In this document: piece by piece, positions 1 through 7,171 of the stretch
Numbering within the stretch: the stretch's first letter is position 1
Layout of the letters: each line of letters starts with the position of its first letter
Assembly (NCBI GenBank): GCA_016839945.1
Contig: JAEOTE010000060.1
Coordinates: forward strand, 1 to 27,305
DNA length: 27,305 nt
Source of the DNA: Candidatus Heimdallarchaeota archaeon
Lineage (GTDB): Archaea; Asgardarchaeota; Heimdallarchaeia; Heimdallarchaeales; Heimdallarchaeaceae
Direction of reading: 5' to 3'
The notes under the pieces: generated by a model
Database searches by the model: none
What the model saw: the letters and a program-made list of their open reading frames with translations, nothing else
Told to the model about the DNA's origin: nothing
Made by a program: the position numbers and the translations under genes

Positions 1-177
1 AGTGGTTCGGGGAATTATACAATACTAGGTTCTGCAAAAGCTAATGACACTTACCCACTAGGAACTCCTCCTGTTGACATTATTCCAGAATTTCAACAAA
101 ATCTAAATTATGCATTGATTCTATTGTTAATCCCTCTAATCGTTGTTATACCATATATAAGAAAACGAAAGAAATAA
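1..177 (+). CDS. 3' end of a surface protein (probably CASH/NosD beta-helix type) with a PEF-CTERM-like tail; 5'-truncated
   Basis: Frame 1 reads SGSGNYTILGSAKANDTYPLGTPPVDIIPEFQQNLNYALILLLIPLIVVIPYIRKRKK then TAA (175-177). Y-x-I-x-G...D-x-Y-P-L matches the end of the beta-helix protein at 21522-23078 (YAIDG...DKFPL); IPEF is followed by a hydrophobic helix and basic tail. Confidence 0.75.
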   Translation, partial: SGSGNYTILGSAKANDTYPLGTPPVDIIPEFQQNLNYALILLLIPLIVVIPYIRKRKK

Positions 178-187
178 CTTATCTCCC

Positions 188-209
188 TTTTCTTTTTTCT
201 TTTTTCTTT
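188..209 (+). terminator. Oligo-T archaeal-type terminator between convergent genes
   Basis: T-tracts (ttttcttttttcttttttcttt) 10 nt after the stop at 177; an A-run at 210-215 could serve the opposite strand. Confidence 0.55.
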
Positions 210-231
210 AAAAAACAGGGATATTGTGAGT

Positions 232-627
232 TTATTTCCCATCATCTGCAGGTTCCCATAACTCTATCTTATTATCCTCAGGGTCTAAAATCCAAGCAAA
301 TTTCCCTTGCTTGAGTTTTTTTATACCACCTACTACAGTAATGCCTTTAGATTCAAGTTCTTTTAGTAATTTTTCCAAATTCTCAACTCGGAAATTAATC
401 ATAAAGGATTTATCACTTGGTTCAAAGTATCTAGTATCTTCCTTAAATGGTGACCAGACTGTATACCCTTCTTTCTCTTTCTGATGCTTATCCCTCCACC
501 CAAAAAGAACAGCTACATCATCATATTCATGAGAATCGAGTCCAAGATATTTCAAATACCATTTCAATAATTTTTGAGGATCTTCAGCTTTGAAAAATAT
601 TCCACCAATTCCTGTTACTTTTTTCAT
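232..627 (-). CDS. VOC (glyoxalase/bleomycin-resistance) family protein
   Basis: KVTGIGGIFFK..DP..L..WY...LG start, FMINFRV.NL, and GKFAWILDPEDNKIELWEP end. Confidence 0.9.
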   Translation of the reverse strand: MKKVTGIGGIFFKAEDPQKLLKWYLKYLGLDSHEYDDVAVLFGWRDKHQKEKEGYTVWSPFKEDTRYFEPSDKSFMINFRVENLEKLLKELESKGITVVGGIKKLKQGKFAWILDPEDNKIELWEPADDGK

Positions 628-645
628 TATTTACCAACTCGAGAT

Positions 646-1050
646 TTACATGAATTTATCATGTCCTAGTGGTTCTCCTTCTTTGTCGAAAACTTGAATC
701 TCAAGAGTATAACCAGTAGGATCAACATAGAAACCGTTGTATATTTTATATTGAGAAGTATGTTGAGGATCTCTCTTTACTTCTACTTCAGATTTTTCTA
801 AATGTTTATGCCAAGTGTCAACCTGCTCTCTAGAATCTACAACAAGAGTTAAACAGATTTGTTCAGGCTTTTCTATAATTTCTTCAGTTTGGCAAAAACC
901 CCAATAACCATAATTTCCAATCTTATAGATAATACAACTACTTTGCTCTAAAGCTATTGGAAAATTAAGAATATTCTCATAGAAATTTCGGGTTTTTTTC
1001 ATATCACTTGTTCTAAGGAATAGAATCGGATATCTAGGCACTAAATCCAT
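646..1050 (-). CDS. VOC family protein
   Basis: DMKKTRNFYENILNF and FYVDPTGYTLEIQ motifs; paralog of 24374-24766. Confidence 0.85.
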   Translation of the reverse strand: MDLVPRYPILFLRTSDMKKTRNFYENILNFPIALEQSSCIIYKIGNYGYWGFCQTEEIIEKPEQICLTLVVDSREQVDTWHKHLEKSEVEVKRDPQHTSQYKIYNGFYVDPTGYTLEIQVFDKEGEPLGHDKFM

Positions 1051-1097
1051 AAAAAATCATTATTTGATTAGTTTATCAATATTGTCCTTCAGCAGAA

Positions 1098-1682
1098 TTA
1101 ACTTAATGTTTCTTCTATTGCTTCAAAGATACTTTCATCAAAAATGGAAGTTGAAAAGGCATTTACATTATCATACTTATCAATTTCAAAAAATTCTGTG
1201 ATTTTATTAAATGTAAACTCTTTTTTCTCATCTGGAATTAAATCCATTTTATGTGTTAGAACAATAATATGAGCTCCTTTACTATATTCTTCAGCATTCC
1301 TTAAAGCTCTCTTAAAATAATTCTTAGCTTCTTCTAATTGATTAATTTTAGATGAATCAACAACAAAAAAGAGTGTTTTCAGATGTGAAAAAATGCTTTC
1401 TCTGAGAGCTACAAAAGCTTCTTCAAGATAAGTTATTTGTCCCCCTACATCGTATACATTCAATGAATAACCTGAGAAATCTATTAGTTTTCTTTGATAT
1501 CTAACAGTAGCTAAAACCTCTGATGTTTCTTCAGGTTTCAAACCTTCAAATACAACTTTAATGATTGAAGATTTTCCTGTTTGAGCTAATCCGATAAATA
1601 AGAGTTTATGTCCAAAATCTCCTTTATCTAGCTCTTTAGCAACAAATTCTTCTTGTTGCATTTCTTTCTCAAGATAACTCAT
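1098..1682 (-). CDS. Small GTPase, Rag/Gtr1-like, GTPase domain only
   Basis: G1 GLAQTGKSS, G2 ATV, G3 DVGGQ, G4 HKMD, G5 TSIFDESI; HKMD and TSIxDES are characteristic of Gtr1/RagA. No room for a C-terminal roadblock domain. Confidence 0.85.
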   Translation of the reverse strand: MSYLEKEMQQEEFVAKELDKGDFGHKLLFIGLAQTGKSSIIKVVFEGLKPEETSEVLATVRYQRKLIDFSGYSLNVYDVGGQITYLEEAFVALRESIFSHLKTLFFVVDSSKINQLEEAKNYFKRALRNAEEYSKGAHIIVLTHKMDLIPDEKKEFTFNKITEFFEIDKYDNVNAFSTSIFDESIFEAIEETLS

Positions 1683-1704
1683 TAATTATCTAGTCTTGAA
1701 ACTT

Positions 1705-1720
1705 CATAAAAATCTTTTTC
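1705..1720 (-). promoter_or_regulatory. Putative BRE/TATA for a leaderless GTPase transcript
   Basis: Minus strand GAAAAAGA-TTTTTATG, ending 22 nt before the ATG at 1682. Confidence 0.45.
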
Positions 1721-1766
1721 ATACTACCAATCCATCAGCTTTTAATAAGAAAAACTTAGAATCATT

Positions 1767-3017
1767 ATGTCTAATATGACAGAAGCTTCTACTAATTTCG
1801 ATTTGTGTGTTATGTGTAAAACTTCTAGGATGCTATGTGGGAAAAGGAATTGTCCTTTACTACAGAAGTGGTCCAATGAGTATTCTGCAGAAAAACCAGT
1901 TATTACGAAATTAGATGAATCTTTTGCTCCTCCAGCTTTCTTTGTTGGTTGGTCTGGTTATCCAAGCATTAATGCTGGTCCTATGATAACAGCAAATAGG
2001 GTAGCTTCTGATGTTATTGATAATTCTGATAATTGGCTATCAAAACAACAAGAAGATATTGTGAAGATGAGGATTTCTTTATTTAGAACGAGATCGCGTA
2101 TTGATGTAAAAAGACCTTTAGATTCTGATATAATTCAACGTAGTCATGAATTACTCCTTGGGAAAAAACCTGTTGATGTTGAAGTTGATCTGGTTAAAGA
2201 TGTAATTCCTAAGATAGCTTTGGATGAGAGAATGGCTCCTCATGGCCCTATCGCTCCAATAAAGAAATTTAGAATTACTGAAAATCAATCACCCATTAAT
2301 GCAATTGAAAAGTCATATTATGACACCGATTTATTAGCTTCTGATGCAGTTCCTTATTTAGATTCTGAAAAACTAGATGTAAATACAATTACAAGAATTT
2401 TCAGTGCGGGGATGCTAGGCAGAAAAAAGAACAGAAGATTAGTGCCTACTAGATGGTCAATTGCAGCTGTTGATGATATTATTTCCAAAAATAATGTTGA
2501 AAAAATCAAGAAGTTTCAGGAAATTAACGAAATTAGAATTTTCACATATAAATTCTTTGGAAACCAGTTTGTAATAATTCTTCTACCAGATGTTTGGTCA
2601 TATGAAATGATTGAGGTTTGGTTTCAAGGTGCATTCATGAATCCTAGTATGAAAGATATTGGATTAGGAGATTGGGAACCTTATACAGGAAGATCGGAAT
2701 ACGCGTCGAATGTTACAGGGGCATATTATGCAGCTAGATTAGCAGTAACTGAATATTTACTTAAAATTCAGAGACAAGCAAAAGCAATTGTTTTGAGAGA
2801 AATTTCAGATGAATATAGATTTCCACTTGGTGTATGGGTGATTCGTGTTTCTGCAAGAGCAGCTATGCAAGAGAAACACTCTTTGGCTGATAATATTGAT
2901 ACTGCCTTTCAGCATCTAGAAAGATATATGAGATATCCTGTTGAATACTGGAAACATAAATCAAAGCTATATTATCTAACGAAAACACAAAAAAAGTTAG
3001 ATGAATTCTTCTTGTAG
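1767..3017 (+). CDS. nreA: Archaeal DNA repair protein NreA (PCNA-interacting)
   Basis: N-terminal CVMC..SRMLCG..NCP Cys cluster, PPAFFVGWSGYP, RRLVPTRWSIAAVDD, GAYYAARL, PLGVWVIR, and C-terminal PIP box QKKLDEFF. Confidence 0.92.
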   Translation: MSNMTEASTNFDLCVMCKTSRMLCGKRNCPLLQKWSNEYSAEKPVITKLDESFAPPAFFVGWSGYPSINAGPMITANRVASDVIDNSDNWLSKQQEDIVKMRISLFRTRSRIDVKRPLDSDIIQRSHELLLGKKPVDVEVDLVKDVIPKIALDERMAPHGPIAPIKKFRITENQSPINAIEKSYYDTDLLASDAVPYLDSEKLDVNTITRIFSAGMLGRKKNRRLVPTRWSIAAVDDIISKNNVEKIKKFQEINEIRIFTYKFFGNQFVIILLPDVWSYEMIEVWFQGAFMNPSMKDIGLGDWEPYTGRSEYASNVTGAYYAARLAVTEYLLKIQRQAKAIVLREISDEYRFPLGVWVIRVSARAAMQEKHSLADNIDTAFQHLERYMRYPVEYWKHKSKLYYLTKTQKKLDEFFL

Positions 3018-3039
3018 ATTATTAATATAGTGAATACTA

Positions 3040-4266
3040 ATGAGTTACAATATACACGAACTTTCTAAGGAAGAACTTCGGAGAATTGCAATAGTTGGAA
3101 CTCACCTTCACAGATGGCAAGACACAGGAGATAAGAGCGTTCAGAAAGTATTTCAGAAACAAGCTATGGTTCAATTAGATCCTCTTAATCCTGCTGGAAG
3201 AAATCACGATTTATTCTTCTTAGCTAGAATCCCCACTTACAAAGTTCACTCTTTTCAAAATATTATCTATCCCGAAAAACTAGTCTTTGAAGCCTATTTT
3301 CCTAATTTAATGGCAATATCTAAAGAACATCTACCAATCTTCTTACCAAGAATGAAAAGAGAAAACCTACATAAACACTATTTATCAAGAATTGAAAAAC
3401 TGGAAGCAACTAGAGAAGCAATACTTGAAGAAGTAGAACAAATTTTAGCAGAGAGAGGACCTTCTAAATCATCTGATTTCGAAGAATTAGCTGATATTAA
3501 ACCTGATTTTTATTTTTGGAAAGCAAGTAGATTATCAGGGATGGGACTTGAAGTTCTATGGTTATTAGGGAAAGCTGCAATTGTTGAAAGAGATGAGAAT
3601 TGGAGAAAATCTTACAATCTTATGAAGAATCATTTTGAAAGCGAATTACTAAAAGAAAGTGATCTTTCTGAAAAGGAGTTAAATTTCCAGAGATTCCTTA
3701 TCAAGCAAAAATCATATCCTTTGATGAATATGGGAAAAGTTACATTTACTAAATCCAACAAACTCTCAATTGGTAAGAAAGGCTGGCCGCATAGATTTTC
3801 TCCTGATTGGTTTGATACTAATAAAAACGAAAACAATTTGCACATCCTTAAAATAAAAGAGGACATCATTGGATATGCTGCTCCATCAAACTGGGAAGAA
3901 ATGCTCGATTATGAATTTGATGATGAGATGAGAGCTATAGCTCCTTTGGATCCTCTAATATGGGACAGAGAACTTACTTTGCGTATATTTGATTTTGATT
4001 ATGTGTGGGAAGTATACAAAGTTCCTAAAGACAGAAAATGGGGTTATTACGTTTATCCTTTACTATTTAAGGGAGAATTTATAGGAAGGATGGAAGCAAA
4101 ATATGATAAAAAATCACATGAATTATCTGTTTTTAATATTCAATTTGAAGATGGAAAAAAACCAGATTCCGAATTAAGCAAAGCATTCTATGACATGTTA
4201 GATAGATGGAAATCGATGTTAAGTGCAGATACAATTAAACACGATAAAAGTTCTTTAATTAAATAA
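3040..4266 (+). CDS. ycaQ: YcaQ/AlkZ-family (HTH_42) crosslink-repair DNA glycosylase, YcaQ-like QxD subtype
   Basis: VQLDP catalytic motif (Q45-L-D47), APLDPLIWDR, FDFDYVWEVY..P..RKWGYYVYPLL..G.FIGR. Confidence 0.85.
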   Translation: MSYNIHELSKEELRRIAIVGTHLHRWQDTGDKSVQKVFQKQAMVQLDPLNPAGRNHDLFFLARIPTYKVHSFQNIIYPEKLVFEAYFPNLMAISKEHLPIFLPRMKRENLHKHYLSRIEKLEATREAILEEVEQILAERGPSKSSDFEELADIKPDFYFWKASRLSGMGLEVLWLLGKAAIVERDENWRKSYNLMKNHFESELLKESDLSEKELNFQRFLIKQKSYPLMNMGKVTFTKSNKLSIGKKGWPHRFSPDWFDTNKNENNLHILKIKEDIIGYAAPSNWEEMLDYEFDDEMRAIAPLDPLIWDRELTLRIFDFDYVWEVYKVPKDRKWGYYVYPLLFKGEFIGRMEAKYDKKSHELSVFNIQFEDGKKPDSELSKAFYDMLDRWKSMLSADTIKHDKSSLIK

Positions 4267-4372
4267 GGATTTGTTTAATCTACTCTCCTTTTTATTTATA
4301 GATTTTGCTTAGGAATTTAATTAAAAGAACGAAAGATTTGGTTAATATTCTTTTTCTATAAAACAAATAACA

Positions 4373-4380
4373 TTTAAATA
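4373..4380 (+). promoter_or_regulatory. Putative TATA box of the accC-accB operon (leaderless)
   Basis: TTTAAATA ending 22 nt before the ATG at 4403, with A-rich sequence upstream. Confidence 0.55.
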
Positions 4381-4402
4381 AACCCTCACGAAATAATATT
4401 TC

Positions 4403-5905
4403 ATGCTCGAGAGTATCCTTATAGCCAATCGTGGTGAAATTGCTATTAGAATCATTCGAGCTTGTCGTTTATTGAATAAAAGATCAATAGTCTTGTTCTC
4501 AGAAGAAGACTCTTCTTCATTACATATTAAAATGGCAAATGAAGCCCACAATCTAGGTTCAGGATCAATTCAAGAAACTTACTTGAATATTGATAAAATA
4601 TTAGAAATTGCTAATTTCTCTAATGCTGATGCAATTCATCCCGGATATGGATTCCTTAGTGAAAGTGCAACTTTCGCAGAAAGAATTGAAAAGGAAGGTT
4701 TCAAATTCATTGGTCCTACTCCTGATGTACTCAATCAGCTTGGAGATAAAATGCAAGCTAAGAAATTAGCACAAGAAGTAGATATACCAACAGTACCTGG
4801 TTCAGATGGTTATGTGTCTAATGTTGATGAAGCTGAAGAAGTAGCTGAAGAAATAGGTTATCCTATTATCATAAAATCTGGATTCGGTGGGGGAGGAAAG
4901 GGAATGGAAATTGTAAATTCTGCTTCTTCTCTCGAAATAAGCTTATTGGGATGTCAAACAGTTTCTGAACGATTCTTTGGTAGAAAAGAAGTGTTCATTG
5001 AGAAATACATCAAAGCTCCTCGTCATGTAGAAGTTCAATTTCTATCAGATAATTATGGGAACACAATTCATCTAGGAGACAGAGAATGTTCAATTCAGAG
5101 AGCTCATCAGAAAATCATTGAAGAAGCACCATCATTTCTCTCACAAAGACAGAGGAATTCACTGGGAAAGAAAGTTTGTGCATTAGCTGATAATTTATCT
5201 TATAGGAATGCTGGACCAGCTGAATTTCTATGGAAAGATAAGAAATTATATTTTAATGAAGTTAATCCTAGAATACAAGTTGAACATCCTGTAACTGAAA
5301 TGATTACTGGAATAGATCTAATTGTACAGCAACTGAAAATTGCAGATAATGAAAAGTTAGAACTTAAACAAGAGGATATCAAATATAGAGGACATGCAAT
5401 AGAGTTTAGGATTAATGCAGAAGACCCTCTCAAATCATTTTATCCACAATCTGGTACTGTAACTAATTTAACAATTCCTGGTGGAAACAATGTAAGATTT
5501 GATACTTACCTTTACAACTCCTATAAACTACCTAATTGTTTTGATTCTCTAATTGGAAAATTGATAATCTGGGGAGAAAATAGGGAAGAGACTATTGAAA
5601 GATCAAGATTAGCTCTTCAAGAACTAACAATTTCTGGAATAACAACTAATATCCCACTTCATCAAGCTATTTTAGAAAATTATGAATTCCATTCAAGAAG
5701 AATAACTACAGATTTCCTTGAGATGCAAAAAATCCAAGAAATTATCTCACATTATGAAAAAATGAAATTAGCAGCAGCTTACAAGATTCATGATTTGAAT
5801 AAGGAACAAAGGAATCCTCTAATTATGAATAGAGAAAAACGTGCTTTGGAAGCAAATAGATGGAAAGAACAAAGCAAAATAGAGCAACAACGAAAATATC
5901 CTTAA
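4403..5905 (+). CDS. accC: Biotin carboxylase subunit of an acyl-CoA carboxylase
   Basis: LIANRGEIA, AIHPGYGFLSE, GGGGKGM, RECSIQR.HQK, EVNPRIQVEHPVTE, GHAIEFRINAEDP. Confidence 0.96.
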   Translation: MLESILIANRGEIAIRIIRACRLLNKRSIVLFSEEDSSSLHIKMANEAHNLGSGSIQETYLNIDKILEIANFSNADAIHPGYGFLSESATFAERIEKEGFKFIGPTPDVLNQLGDKMQAKKLAQEVDIPTVPGSDGYVSNVDEAEEVAEEIGYPIIIKSGFGGGGKGMEIVNSASSLEISLLGCQTVSERFFGRKEVFIEKYIKAPRHVEVQFLSDNYGNTIHLGDRECSIQRAHQKIIEEAPSFLSQRQRNSLGKKVCALADNLSYRNAGPAEFLWKDKKLYFNEVNPRIQVEHPVTEMITGIDLIVQQLKIADNEKLELKQEDIKYRGHAIEFRINAEDPLKSFYPQSGTVTNLTIPGGNNVRFDTYLYNSYKLPNCFDSLIGKLIIWGENREETIERSRLALQELTISGITTNIPLHQAILENYEFHSRRITTDFLEMQKIQEIISHYEKMKLAAAYKIHDLNKEQRNPLIMNREKRALEANRWKEQSKIEQQRKYP

Positions 5906-5934
5906 ACTTCTCAAAACACTGAGGAGACTGAACA

Positions 5935-6414
5935 ATGAAGAAAAAAGTCAATTTTAAAGGAACAGAATATATTGTTGAAATACTAAAAAATGGTCAAATT
6001 GAAATTGACGGTAAAGTTTTTTCTTCAACTATTTCACAAAAAATAGAGAATGTTTACAAAGTAGATGTAGATGGTCATCCTTTTACTATAGAGATTACTG
6101 GAAATAAGATATTTGTTGACGGAGAAATTTCTTCTTTATCAGTAAGACCTCATATAGAAAAGAAATCAATCACGGATGATAATCATTATAAAAAAGAAAT
6201 AAAAATTCAAGCACCAATTCCAGGAAAAATAAACAAAGTATTAGTCAAAGAGGGTGCATCAGTTAAAAAAAATCAAGAATTAATAATTCTTGAAGCAATG
6301 AAAATGAGAAATAGAATTTTTTCTCCATTTAAAGGAAAAGTGTTGAGAATTTTTGTCAAGGAAGACGAAAATGTCAATCAAGATCAAACATTGCTAGAAC
6401 TAGCTAGAAAGTAG
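5935..6414 (+). CDS. accB: Biotin carboxyl carrier protein
   Basis: IQAPIPGKI and LEAMKM (biotinyl-Lys123, codon 6301-6303); beta-rich N-terminal extension; SD GAGGAG at 5921-5926. Confidence 0.95.
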   Translation: MKKKVNFKGTEYIVEILKNGQIEIDGKVFSSTISQKIENVYKVDVDGHPFTIEITGNKIFVDGEISSLSVRPHIEKKSITDDNHYKKEIKIQAPIPGKINKVLVKEGASVKKNQELIILEAMKMRNRIFSPFKGKVLRIFVKEDENVNQDQTLLELARK

Positions 6415-6415
6415 T

Positions 6416-7171
6416 TTACAACGTTTCACTAAAAAAACTGATTATGTAATTTTTCATATCTTCAAAGTGTTTTTTATTAGAGAAATTATGATTTGCTCCT
6501 TCAATTATTTTAAAGTCTTTATCCAGACTAGAAGGAATTTTATCATACATCCTTTTTATCTGCTTTTCTGGTAATATTTCGTCTTTATCCCCTGTTATAA
6601 CTCGAATTGGAACTGCTAAAGAGGAAGCTTGCTTCATAGGATTATAATGTTGTGATTGAGATTGAAATACCTTTTTATGATTAACTTTCGGTAATCTCAT
6701 CTGATTGTCTCTTTGCCACAACTGTGTTAGTCCTTCAAAGATTTTCATTCTTGGTATTTTCTCAGTGTCATAAACAGGGGAACGTAAAGCAATACAACGA
6801 ATTCTAGTATCTCTTGTTGCATGACATAAAGCCATAGCCCCCCCAAAACTCTCGCCAAATAAACCAATTCTTGAAGAATCAATTTTCGGATGTTTTGCTA
6901 AGAAGGATATAATTTTATTGATATTTTCATGAGAGCTCATATACTCATATAAACCAGTACTTGAACGAACTCCAGTATAATCAAATGCGAAATATGCAAA
7001 ATTATTATTAATGAAATCTTGTGCTATTCGCTCTTTTTCTTTTTTAGGATCTGTTCCGGGCATACCATTTAATCTAATAATTAAAGGAAATTGTTCATCA
7101 GCTTTCGGGAGGTAAAGAAAGCCGTTTATTTTTTCCGATCTGAACTGAATTTCATGATTTTCTACTAACAT
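6416..7171 (-). CDS. Alpha/beta-fold serine hydrolase; candidate stand-alone thioesterase of the megasynthase
   Basis: GESFGG nucleophile elbow (Ser codon 6848-6850), GDKD acid, EGANH His. Start placed at ATG 7171 (SD AGGAG just upstream) instead of 7198; overlaps the megasynthase stop by 20 nt. The thioesterase role is inferred from context. Confidence 0.85.
   Translation of the reverse strand: MLVENHEIQFRSEKINGFLYLPKADEQFPLIIRLNGMPGTDPKKEKERIAQDFINNNFAYFAFDYTGVRSSTGLYEYMSSHENINKIISFLAKHPKIDSSRIGLFGESFGGAMALCHATRDTRIRCIALRSPVYDTEKIPRMKIFEGLTQLWQRDNQMRLPKVNHKKVFQSQSQHYNPMKQASSLAVPIRVITGDKDEILPEKQIKRMYDKIPSSLDKDFKIIEGANHNFSNKKHFEDMKNYIISFFSETL

Noticed and set aside
232-1050. VOC proteins as methylmalonyl-CoA epimerase serving the carboxylase
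   Set aside because: The N-terminal metal-binding His motif (DHIGIAV-like) is absent and no mutase is nearby.
3040-4266. AlkZ-type self-resistance gene implying a genotoxic polyketide
   Set aside because: The motif is QxD (YcaQ-like, usually housekeeping), not the QxQ of cluster-associated AlkZ; it is paired with nreA and the synthase looks fully reducing.
3630-5433. Minus-strand ORFs 3630-3869, 4342-4551 and 5200-5433
   Set aside because: Antisense to ycaQ or accC with no recognisable features.
4403-6414. Pyruvate carboxylase or a 3-hydroxypropionate-cycle carbon fixation locus
   Set aside because: No pyruvate carboxyltransferase domain or malonyl-CoA reductase is present; the acyl-CoA CT is co-transcribed with the synthase.
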